Below the pieces are notes generated by a model. That model saw only the letters and a program-made list of their open reading frames with translations, did no database searches and was not told where the DNA came from. Of a stretch of 64,000 nt of DNA, positions 49,206 to 57,752 are shown in pieces. A program made the position numbers and the translations under genes. This stretch comes from a virus (Duplodnaviria > Caudoviricetes): positions 96,001 to 160,000 of IMG/VR virus record IMGVR_UViG_3300015214_000026; one strand, written 5' to 3'. Numbering within the stretch: the first letter of the stretch is position 1; each line of letters starts with the position of its first letter.

Positions 49206-49328
49206 CAAAAATTACAAATTTTTCTAGTAATCCAAAACTAAATTTCATCGTATGTCCCCACCCAATTTTCAGAAAGGTTGTTCGCCAATAGAAGAAGTAA
49301 CCTGAAAAAAGTTAATGATTTCAATGAT

Positions 49329-49754
49329 CTACAGACGTGGAGCAGAATGAGGTGAGTTCGATATGGTTCTCAATTCACGTAGTATAACCCGAACGTCCCT
49401 ATTGAGTTCTTTCTGATAATTATTCAGATCGTCGAATCTACGATCCATTTCATTTACTTTAAATTGCTGTTGCGTAATTTGATTAGTAATAACTTTGGTT
49501 TGCTCTTCTATAGATTCTATCTGTTCGGTAGCTTTTTCTAAATTACGCACCACATTATTAAGAGATTGCTCAGTAACGTATTTTTGTTCAGCCACTGCTC
49601 TAACTATATAACTATCAACAAATGGTTTACCTATTACCCATATAATGCCGAATAAAACAGTTATCTTCGTAACATTATTAATTAACCAGCTGATAGCATT
49701 ATTTATAGTTATTTCACCTATAGCTACTTCTATGGATTTTAATACATTGGTCAT
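49329..49754 (-). CDS. Single-TM coiled-coil protein
   Basis: ITVLFGIIWVIG TM segment followed by heptads; N-terminus MTNVLKSIEVA. Confidence 0.7.
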   Translation of the reverse strand: MTNVLKSIEVAIGEITINNAISWLINNVTKITVLFGIIWVIGKPFVDSYIVRAVAEQKYVTEQSLNNVVRNLEKATEQIESIEEQTKVITNQITQQQFKVNEMDRRFDDLNNYQKELNRDVRVILRELRTISNSPHSAPRL

Positions 49755-49766
49755 AGCAAAAAGACC

Positions 49767-50990
49767 TTACTTCTGATAAGGATTAGAATGCTTATAATTA
49801 GTCAATGGTATATCGAATATTTTAAAATGATAGAATTTCTTTTCCATAGGCTGTAAAGCTCTTACATCAGCGGTTAATCCAAATACAGTACCACCTTCTG
49901 TAAATCTAGGCGTTAACGCGGAAACCTTCCACACCTTTCCGTATTTAGACTCCGTAATGTAACTTCCTTCTTTAATATCAATAGTGGGAGGAAGCTCCAT
50001 TGTTACATTCACGTTCCAGTCTAAAAATTCCTGCTCCCAACCTTGAGCTACTTCTGGAATTTGAGCCTTGTGGGGCTCTCTGTATGAGAATACTATTACC
50101 GCATGCGTAAATGTAGTTTTTGCTGAAAATTCTAGAATTAATCTAATAACTTCACCAGTCTCGTTCAATGTTTGAAGTGACTTAGCGGTTACTAAACCAT
50201 TATCGTTAGAAGAAGCCCATGTAAAAATATATTCATCAGGAGATATTACTTCCTGACCATTATATACATCAATTTTAAGAATATACAGCCATAATTTAGG
50301 TAGTTTTAAACTCCAAAATAATTTGCCATTAGGATTAACCGTAATCTTTGTGGGATTAGCAGTTTCATCTATATCCGCGTTTTCAGAATAGAATTTATAT
50401 ATGTTACTAGATTCCAGAACTACTCTATGGCCGCCATACAGATTATAGCCGTCAATAAAACCAGAACCCATACAAATAGGGCATTGAATAGCACGATCAG
50501 AGAATAAATTAAAAGGATCGGAGAAATCAGCTAAAGTATTAACTACTTCTTCTGGATCATTTATATCTTCTATTTGATCGCCAATATCATCCTCATTAAA
50601 AAGATGATCCGCTAAAGTTTTCTTTCTACTTCTTACGCCTTCGTCGTTTAATTGAGCCGCAAAACGATCAGGTTGTGTAGCGTCTTCGTATACAGAGTAT
50701 TTAGAGTTAGCGGATTGCTTTAAAGGCAGAGGATCAGTGAAAGAGGTTTTATTACCTTCACCGGGTTCAATATCTTGATTGAATGATTTAATAGCAGCAG
50801 TACATGAGCATGGTATAGAGCCTTGGTATTTATTCCAGAAATAGAAGCGCGGAGAATCCACTCTTAGAGAAGTTTCAAAGTGCTCTGCCTTGCTAATAGC
50901 ATAATTCTCTAAATGAACATTAGCTCTACCAGGCATATATCTGTTATTTGGAATACCTACGCGAGTATATGCTTTCCTACCTATTGTCAT
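49767..50990 (-). CDS. Putative head-closure/neck protein with split Zn ligands
   Basis: PCSC...CPICMGSGF..GY motif seen in myophage neck proteins; C-terminal YGKVWKV barrel. Confidence 0.5.
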   Translation of the reverse strand: MTIGRKAYTRVGIPNNRYMPGRANVHLENYAISKAEHFETSLRVDSPRFYFWNKYQGSIPCSCTAAIKSFNQDIEPGEGNKTSFTDPLPLKQSANSKYSVYEDATQPDRFAAQLNDEGVRSRKKTLADHLFNEDDIGDQIEDINDPEEVVNTLADFSDPFNLFSDRAIQCPICMGSGFIDGYNLYGGHRVVLESSNIYKFYSENADIDETANPTKITVNPNGKLFWSLKLPKLWLYILKIDVYNGQEVISPDEYIFTWASSNDNGLVTAKSLQTLNETGEVIRLILEFSAKTTFTHAVIVFSYREPHKAQIPEVAQGWEQEFLDWNVNVTMELPPTIDIKEGSYITESKYGKVWKVSALTPRFTEGGTVFGLTADVRALQPMEKKFYHFKIFDIPLTNYKHSNPYQK

Positions 50991-50992
50991 AG

Positions 50993-51337
50993 CTATTCCC
51001 TACGTAGAAATTTTAAATTAGTAGGAGGTATTACATCTGTGTATATACGTTCGTAGTCTACAGTTGATCGCTTTAATTTAGATTTATCTGGAATGGTTAC
51101 TTCCCAAATAGTAAACGTTTCATCATCTTCAAACTCATCGCCCAACCAATTCATTAAAGCATCTTCAAGGTCATCCACGGAAGGAAATAAAAATATACCC
51201 TTAGACTCATTTAATTTGGTTGCTCGTGGACCTGTTTGTGGCTTTAAACCAAACTTCTTTATACTACGGTCATTTGTAGCTGGAGAAGCGTGGTACATTT
51301 TTATAGTGGCTACTTCTAAAGCTTTAAGATACCCCAT
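50993..51337 (-). CDS. ADP-ribosyltransferase-fold protein (Tpt1/KptA-like) with leader MGYLKALEVA
   Basis: MYHAS....I...GL.P, GIFLF, YE..Y...IPP..L pattern. Confidence 0.55.
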   Translation of the reverse strand: MGYLKALEVATIKMYHASPATNDRSIKKFGLKPQTGPRATKLNESKGIFLFPSVDDLEDALMNWLGDEFEDDETFTIWEVTIPDKSKLKRSTVDYERIYTDVIPPTNLKFLRRE

Positions 51338-51759
51338 TATTTTAATACTTTCTCAAAATCATTAAAAGTTTGTTCATTTTTAAAAACTTTGTTCACTTCA
51401 TGCAAAGAATGTATAAAGTAATTTCTAGCGGATAAGTTTTTAAAACAAAGTTGATTATTTTTCATTACCGTGTCATTTGCGGGAAGGAATATGATTCCTT
51501 TACCGCTTGCTTTACTAAATTGCGATGGTACAATAAGGTCTGCAACAGCCCATCCCATAAGCCTATAGTATGGGATGGACATCTTATAAAACGTAGAATT
51601 AAAAACCAATTGATTAGTATATTTAGTATCTCGTATATATCCGGCCTTTTTAAAAAAGAAATATAAGTTACCTAAAAATTCATTAATCTTAGGTTCTAAA
51701 CTAGATATTTGTAAACTAAGAATACTGGATTGCTCTAAGGCTTTAAGATAGCTAATCAT
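51337..51759 (-). CDS. Hypothetical protein with leader MISYLKALEQS
   Basis: ATG 51759 overlaps the upstream stop. Confidence 0.7.
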   Translation of the reverse strand: MISYLKALEQSSILSLQISSLEPKINEFLGNLYFFFKKAGYIRDTKYTNQLVFNSTFYKMSIPYYRLMGWAVADLIVPSQFSKASGKGIIFLPANDTVMKNNQLCFKNLSARNYFIHSLHEVNKVFKNEQTFNDFEKVLK

Positions 51760-52216
51760 CGAGAGGTTCCACAATATGTCTAGAAGTATACAAATTAAAA
51801 TCTGGGAGCGGTGGAAGATTAGCTATATCAGCAGGAAATTCTGTAGATAGAGTAATATGTGGTTTATACGAAGGGAAATCCCAAGTAGCTCCAGCCTTTC
51901 TAGATTCTAAGAACAACTTTTCTAGAACTGGATGATACACTCGCATTATTAGTACGGTATCACCAAACTTTTCATATTTAAAATGCTTGGAGTATAGATT
52001 AACAGCTACGATCTTTGATTTAATATCAAGTATACGCTTAGTATACGTAGTTGTTATATGAAAACTATCTTGCTCTTTAAGACGCGGTATGTGGTTTTTA
52101 AAATGACTAGTTAATTTAGCTTTAGAAGTACGTGTTAAATGAACAGAAGCGTATGTTCCTGGCCAATTACTACGATCATCAGTTTTGGCCAATTCTAACA
52201 TCTCAATATACCGCAT
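51752..52216 (-). CDS. acb1: 2H phosphoesterase, Acb1/T4 gp57B-like anti-CBASS nuclease, with leader MRYIEMLELA
   Basis: Two HxT motifs (FHITTTY, KPHITLS) and GATWDFPSYKPHITL, close to the T4 57B C-terminal motif as recalled. Confidence 0.75.
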   Translation of the reverse strand: MRYIEMLELAKTDDRSNWPGTYASVHLTRTSKAKLTSHFKNHIPRLKEQDSFHITTTYTKRILDIKSKIVAVNLYSKHFKYEKFGDTVLIMRVYHPVLEKLFLESRKAGATWDFPSYKPHITLSTEFPADIANLPPLPDFNLYTSRHIVEPLDD

Positions 52217-52230
52217 CTTATTTCTCCGGT

Positions 52231-53877
52231 TTATACGTGTGTATAAAAGTATTCACCAAACTTCTTTTGAAAAGCCTTATCTACTTCATCTAAAGTAGTT
52301 TTTAGAGCGTCTCTAGACACTTTTATTATAAGCATTCTTGATAAATCTTTAGGCATATCCGCTTCTAACACGATGAACGGAAACTTAGCTTCAAGCTCTG
52401 ATCTATGAATATCGAATAAATAAGATAAGACTTCATCAGCAGTACCCGTTTGAAACCAAGATAAGCCATATGATTCTGAAAAATACACAGCTAATTTATA
52501 TAAAAAGTTTAATTTGTCTTTCCTATTAAACTTTTTAGTAGCGTGATTATTTATAAGCCTAACTATGGAATAAACAGACGAAGTAACATTAATACTATCT
52601 ATTAATAAATTAATCGTAGGTGATTTAGTTAGAGCCGGCATATTATGCTTACGGCCTTTATCATCAAAGGCATTTATGAGTTCTTTAATAAAAGGCTTAT
52701 GTTTAGTATGAAGTTCAACAAAATCTATTGATTTATCGGCTTCATCCATAAATTGCTCGGAATCAAAATGAAATTGATATCGTTGTTTTGTAGCTTTGTT
52801 TTCTACTATGTATAATGGGCCGTCTACGGAGTAATCACCAAAAATCTCTGGTCTTTTAGGAATAGCTGTACACCAGTTAGTATTTCTACCAAAGAAGCAG
52901 GAGGCTTCATGAGTTTCAGGTATAACTACTCTAATTTTACTAGATTCATAAAAAATCTTGGCTTCTTTATTATCAAAGAACTTCTTTTCTCGATCTTCAA
53001 TAGAGCCTAAAGCTTCTTCTTCTAATTGAATTTTTAAATTATTAACAAATTTATATAATTCCAGATCATCTTTAAATTTCTGAATATCTCTAAATTCAGG
53101 AGGTATTTTACCTTTACGCTTAAACTCATCAAATTTTTTTAGAGTGAAGCGTATAGATTCTAAATCTTCCTTCCAATAAGAGAATCTTTTAGTTCTCCAT
53201 TCATTATCATTTTTTAATGCTTTAGTAATAAGCCACTGTAGATACTGTTTATTTTTAGTGGGATCAGCATTAACTATTAAAGCCCATAAGTACTCCCAAG
53301 ATCGTATAAAATATCTAGTTAGCTTACCTTCATTATCTATATAGATAGTTTCTTTGCCTTCACTAGGATCAATTTTTATTTCATGAAACACACGAAAATT
53401 CTTTTGAAGAATAAGTATCTTGGCTTTTTCTTCTAATATAGATAACTTAATATCGCGGGAAGCTATTTCAGCTATTTTCAAAAAAGAAGCAGTTTCTGCA
53501 CCGGACTTTAATTTAATGAACAGTCTGGTCATTTGAATATAAGTAGCATAAGAAATTAACTGATTCTCAATATCGGTATCTCGATTATAGTTAGTAACCG
53601 TGATCTTATCCTGTCTATGATGGGCACCAATAGCTTTAAGAGTTCCCGCCAGTGCTTGCTTAGTAACTGTTTCATCACAGAGTGTAATAACAGAATGATC
53701 GGATACTGTTTGAACGAGTACCCAACCATTATCAGCTACAAAATTAATAGGTGAAAGAAATTCTTTAGACCGCTTCTTTACAAAAGCTTCATGCCCACCC
53801 ATACCGTTAATAGGAGTTATTTCTCCTTTTCGATCTATTAAATAACCTCTTTCACCATAGGGTACATCATTTGCCAT
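52231..53877 (-). CDS. Two-module protein: N-terminal G.LI...G...H...GW domain plus ADPT/WCT-motif domain
   Basis: Paralogous to 32861-33928 from EIASRDIKL onward. Confidence 0.7.
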   Translation of the reverse strand: MANDVPYGERGYLIDRKGEITPINGMGGHEAFVKKRSKEFLSPINFVADNGWVLVQTVSDHSVITLCDETVTKQALAGTLKAIGAHHRQDKITVTNYNRDTDIENQLISYATYIQMTRLFIKLKSGAETASFLKIAEIASRDIKLSILEEKAKILILQKNFRVFHEIKIDPSEGKETIYIDNEGKLTRYFIRSWEYLWALIVNADPTKNKQYLQWLITKALKNDNEWRTKRFSYWKEDLESIRFTLKKFDEFKRKGKIPPEFRDIQKFKDDLELYKFVNNLKIQLEEEALGSIEDREKKFFDNKEAKIFYESSKIRVVIPETHEASCFFGRNTNWCTAIPKRPEIFGDYSVDGPLYIVENKATKQRYQFHFDSEQFMDEADKSIDFVELHTKHKPFIKELINAFDDKGRKHNMPALTKSPTINLLIDSINVTSSVYSIVRLINNHATKKFNRKDKLNFLYKLAVYFSESYGLSWFQTGTADEVLSYLFDIHRSELEAKFPFIVLEADMPKDLSRMLIIKVSRDALKTTLDEVDKAFQKKFGEYFYTHV

Positions 53878-56146
53878 GATAATGCTTCTTCTTATTAAGG
53901 CGCTGATTGCGCTGCCATTCTTCTTCTCTAATACGCGTATTCTCTATTTTAGCCATTTCTGCGGCTGCTTTAGCAAGGTTCTTAGTGAACCTATTTGCTA
54001 TAATATCCCTACCTTGCTTGGTCATTACCCTACGATTACCTTGTGAATCATAGTCAGTAAATTGTGCATTAGGATGATCTGGATTGCCGTAATTCAAAAT
54101 AGCCTTTTTACGAACAGAGCCGATACCCATTTTTGATTCAACTAATTGGTCTACTGCTAGTTCTAAAGCTGATTTAGATGAAGCAAATTCACCGAAAGCT
54201 TGAGAATTACTACCGGGGTCTTCTTCTTCACTGCCCATACCGGCAGCTTTCATCATATCAGTTATTTCTTTTCTATAGGATACTATTTTTTCACGAACTC
54301 TTGTGTCTTCTTTGAGGTCTTCTAGAAGACTATCTAAATTCATACCGCCGGCCGCAGCCCACTGGCGCATAGTAATAGGAAGACCTTTTTCGTGAAGTGT
54401 ACCGAGCATATTAATATATGCTTCATCTGCTTCCGGCATAAGTCGTTTATGCCATAAAACTTCAGGGACTACGTATTTATTAGGATCAAAAGACGTTCCA
54501 CCTACAGCTCCCAATTCTCTAATTTGAGGCTGAGAGTTTCCTATGGTAGCAGTGATTAAACCGTCGTCGTCACGGAAAGCTCTAGTACCACCATACGACG
54601 CCACTTCTCTATTTGGAGATACCCCGTATCTCTGCTTAGTAATACCATTAGCCTCGGATATCATAGGAAAGATTTTTTCATAGAAAACTTCATTAGTGAA
54701 TTGATTTCTATATGAACGAATCTGATCCATAAATACTGAAATTGTCTGCTCTAACGAGTTGTAGGAGGCGTCACCAGACACAAATGACTCCGAAATACCA
54801 ATTGAACGTAGCTTTATACGCTCTATGCTATCAAAATTTTGATCCCACCGCCAAAAATCTTCACCGCGGCGCACTTCATTGACATTGACGCCATTCCTAG
54901 TAACGACGATCGCTCCTAAAGGATCAAGATCTGCAGCTAGAAACATGTTAGAAATAGCTTGCATTTCTTCAGCAATAGGAACCCACTCGTCTCCATCACC
55001 AGCGGTAACATGCATGATGGCACGCTGTCTCTTATAGGATTGATCTAGTGTACCTTTAATCAAAGCCTTTTCATACAACCAAGCTGGTATAGCTCGTTTC
55101 AAAAGAGATATGCCGCGGAAATCTCTAAGAGTACCATTACGGGCAATGAAGATAGATGTTTTAGGATCGAGCTCGAATCCATCACCGCCACCTTTACCAC
55201 CCTTATCTGAATAGAAATCAACAATTTGCTTAGGTATATATTCTAAATATCGCTCTTTAATAGTAGGATTTTCCAAAGCTCCTGCAATATGTGGTTCTAG
55301 TCTAACTTTAATAATAGGATCAATGCCATAGGATGGAACCTGAATAAAATAAGCAAAATCTATATTATGTGGAAATGATCCAGTAAATCTTTTTAGTTTT
55401 TCATTATAAGCAAGAGAAACTATAGCCGATCCAACAACCAAATAGTCAATAGACATGTTAGGGAGCAGGGCATTAATTTTCATAGATTCCATAGAGTCTA
55501 CGAAAATATTAGTCATCTTCTCATCACGTAAACCAGAAAGAGAAAATTCGGAAAAAGGAAGTGTGCTAAGGAGGTTAACCGCCGATCCCGTAGTAGAATC
55601 GTGATAGAACATATCACGAAGAATACGATTCAAAGCAATGTTAGAACGATAAGGATTCTTATCATATATAATATCGTCTATGACATTGATAAGCATACCT
55701 CTGGTAACTACGTCGGTAACAGTAGATGTAGAGGGAAGATTACCAGAAAGTCCGCCAGCATTAGAACCCATCGATGGTATTTCATCGGCAGTTTCTACCG
55801 CCCTGCCGTTCATATCCATAATAGTAGTAGTGTCAGCTTTACCAATAATAGCCCCTAACTCTACTGCTTCAGAGGAGTACGGATCGATGGTGTTAAGACG
55901 TTCTCTGGCTTTCTTTTGAATTTCCGCCTTTTTATTATCTACAATATCCATAGGAGAGCTAACATTAGTAACAGGACCGGATGTATTACTAGTTCTGTTG
56001 CCTAATACGCCTACAGATGTATTAATAGGCTTATCAAATCGATCAGTAGAAAAATCTTCATTTATAGGTCCGGCATTACCACGCTGAACAAACATCCTTT
56101 TTCCAGATTTACTAGACGCTAAAGTAACATTCTTTATTGTTCGCAT
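53867..56146 (-). CDS. Portal protein (putative)
   Basis: 759 aa; RG.S.L.R, ...G.SESF.SG.ASY helical portal-like pattern; first large gene of the head cluster. Confidence 0.6.
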   Translation of the reverse strand: MRTIKNVTLASSKSGKRMFVQRGNAGPINEDFSTDRFDKPINTSVGVLGNRTSNTSGPVTNVSSPMDIVDNKKAEIQKKARERLNTIDPYSSEAVELGAIIGKADTTTIMDMNGRAVETADEIPSMGSNAGGLSGNLPSTSTVTDVVTRGMLINVIDDIIYDKNPYRSNIALNRILRDMFYHDSTTGSAVNLLSTLPFSEFSLSGLRDEKMTNIFVDSMESMKINALLPNMSIDYLVVGSAIVSLAYNEKLKRFTGSFPHNIDFAYFIQVPSYGIDPIIKVRLEPHIAGALENPTIKERYLEYIPKQIVDFYSDKGGKGGGDGFELDPKTSIFIARNGTLRDFRGISLLKRAIPAWLYEKALIKGTLDQSYKRQRAIMHVTAGDGDEWVPIAEEMQAISNMFLAADLDPLGAIVVTRNGVNVNEVRRGEDFWRWDQNFDSIERIKLRSIGISESFVSGDASYNSLEQTISVFMDQIRSYRNQFTNEVFYEKIFPMISEANGITKQRYGVSPNREVASYGGTRAFRDDDGLITATIGNSQPQIRELGAVGGTSFDPNKYVVPEVLWHKRLMPEADEAYINMLGTLHEKGLPITMRQWAAAGGMNLDSLLEDLKEDTRVREKIVSYRKEITDMMKAAGMGSEEEDPGSNSQAFGEFASSKSALELAVDQLVESKMGIGSVRKKAILNYGNPDHPNAQFTDYDSQGNRRVMTKQGRDIIANRFTKNLAKAAAEMAKIENTRIREEEWQRNQRLNKKKHYHGK

Positions 56147-56179
56147 GGTTGTTATTTCCTCTCGTCTAGTATTTTTATT

Positions 56180-56398
56180 TTAAATCTCAAACTGTGGTAA
56201 GAAAGCATTCTCAGCTTTAGAAAAATAAGCTGGAATACGAGTACCATTAGGACCAAGTAAAACGACGGGTGTAAGTTCTCCAGCGTTCTTCATTAGCTCT
56301 TGCTGCTTAACAGTAGCGGCTATCTCTGCTTTTCGTCCAGTATTAGATTTAGCATTATTCTTTTCAATAAGCTCTAATACACTAGGAATATTAGACAT
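56180..56398 (-). CDS. Hypothetical protein
   Basis: 72 aa with GGGAG RBS. Confidence 0.7.
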   Translation of the reverse strand: MSNIPSVLELIEKNNAKSNTGRKAEIAATVKQQELMKNAGELTPVVLLGPNGTRIPAYFSKAENAFLPQFEI

Positions 56399-56421
56399 AA
56401 CAAACTCCCGTCGTTTTGTTA

Positions 56422-56742
56422 TTAATAAGAGTCCACCACAGCCTGTAGGTTATTGACTGCCGCAGCAAGAGAAGCGATAGCGTTTGCAGTGGGTTCAGTA
56501 TCAGCTGAACCAGCGTTACCAACTTCTGTAATAGCGGCGATAGTGTTTGCAGCAGTACCTCCAGAAGAATCAGTTAGAGACGCTCCAAGAACAGGGATAG
56601 CAGGATCAGAATATAGCTGTCCATTATTTACAGCTCCTCTAATATCCTTTGTAAGCTCAGCTACCACATGGCGCTCACCTTTTAGGAAAGTTAGATCGCC
56701 AACAGTGACAGAAGTTTTAGTAGCATTAATTAGTGTCCACAT
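56422..56742 (-). CDS. Putative head fibre/decoration protein
   Basis: LTDSSGGTA...ANAIASLAAAVN trimeric-coil motif. Confidence 0.55.
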   Translation of the reverse strand: MWTLINATKTSVTVGDLTFLKGERHVVAELTKDIRGAVNNGQLYSDPAIPVLGASLTDSSGGTAANTIAAITEVGNAGSADTEPTANAIASLAAAVNNLQAVVDSY

Positions 56743-56786
56743 TTGATATGTATCCTTTAGTTAATAAGTACGTGTTTACAAAATCA

Positions 56787-56823
56787 AAACGCCCCCAACA
56801 GGGAGTCTCTGCTGAGGGCGTTT
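56787..56823 (-). terminator. Imperfect GC hairpin with T-run
   Basis: AAACGCCC...GGGCGTTT then TGATTTTG on the minus strand. Confidence 0.6.
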
Positions 56824-56933
56824 CTAAAGTTTTACGTCATAGAAATCCCGGAGTTAATTGTAAATCGCAGAATCCTGTTCACGATAAAGAATTAACATTG
56901 TGAATCATCCATAACATATATTTTTAAGTAGTA

Positions 56934-57086
56934 CTAGGTAGTTCGATGGAATATAGAAAGTAAATTATATGGTCTGAATTTCAGTATCTTATCCATTCGA
57001 TTAATTAAAGCCCGTAAGTCTATTTTAAAATCCTTGGAGATTGTGTAGCACCTATTTGAAAAAGATGACAGATAAAGTGCGTTCAT
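56934..57086 (-). CDS. 50-aa hypothetical protein
   Basis: GGAGAG RBS; MNALYLSSFSNRC...FHRTT; preceded by TAATTCT at 57136-57142. Confidence 0.5.
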   Translation of the reverse strand: MNALYLSSFSNRCYTISKDFKIDLRALINRMDKILKFRPYNLLSIFHRTT

Positions 57087-57151
57087 ATTACGCTCTCCAT
57101 TTTATATAGGTGAATTATAATTTACTCACCATCAAAGAATTAGGTATTTAA

Positions 57152-57682
57152 TTATTTCCTGTTCTTTTTAAATGGATTAAAATCTACCTTAAACATATTC
57201 CTTCCCGCTTGAGTTCTGTAGTGCCAACCGATCCAAGTTTTAATAAACCGCTTATCGAAAAATAGTGGTATATCGCATCTCATAGAAAACCGAGTTCTAT
57301 TTTTAGTTAACTTAATTGTATAGTAGACAAAATTAAAGTTACCATCATCGAAAGCTTCACCTATTCTATATGTTTCCTTTATAGACAAGATATCGCTTTC
57401 ACCATATCCTAAAATATATGCATCAAACCCGTACCCCGGATTTCTACATAGCCACCATATAGAACGCTTCCATCTATTAAATAATCCTTCTGGTACATCT
57501 TCTTTAGTAGTTTTCGAACCGTATATGTCATCGTCATGCGTATAAAATAACCACCATGGAAATGGCGGACTACGCAAATTGAAAGCCGCTGGAACTACTG
57601 CTATTACCGGAGATAAAATTACTGTAAGTAAATTAAAAGCTAGAGATATAGGCGCAAATATTAAAGCTAAAATATATTGCAT
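57152..57682 (-). CDS. Conserved-type phage protein with an N-terminal hydrophobic segment
   Basis: GGAGG RBS; T.D...G, WL.RNP.YGF and IGW motifs. Confidence 0.7.
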   Translation of the reverse strand: MQYILALIFAPISLAFNLLTVILSPVIAVVPAAFNLRSPPFPWWLFYTHDDDIYGSKTTKEDVPEGLFNRWKRSIWWLCRNPGYGFDAYILGYGESDILSIKETYRIGEAFDDGNFNFVYYTIKLTKNRTRFSMRCDIPLFFDKRFIKTWIGWHYRTQAGRNMFKVDFNPFKKNRK

Positions 57683-57752
57683 GTTGATAATCCTGTTTTA
57701 ACTAATTTCCTCCCTACATTAGAATTATGATTTAGTCAATTATACGAATTAA

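Noticed and set aside
49329-49754. Holin or spanin
   Set aside because: No neighbouring endolysin or lipoprotein partner; kept only as a TM coiled-coil protein.
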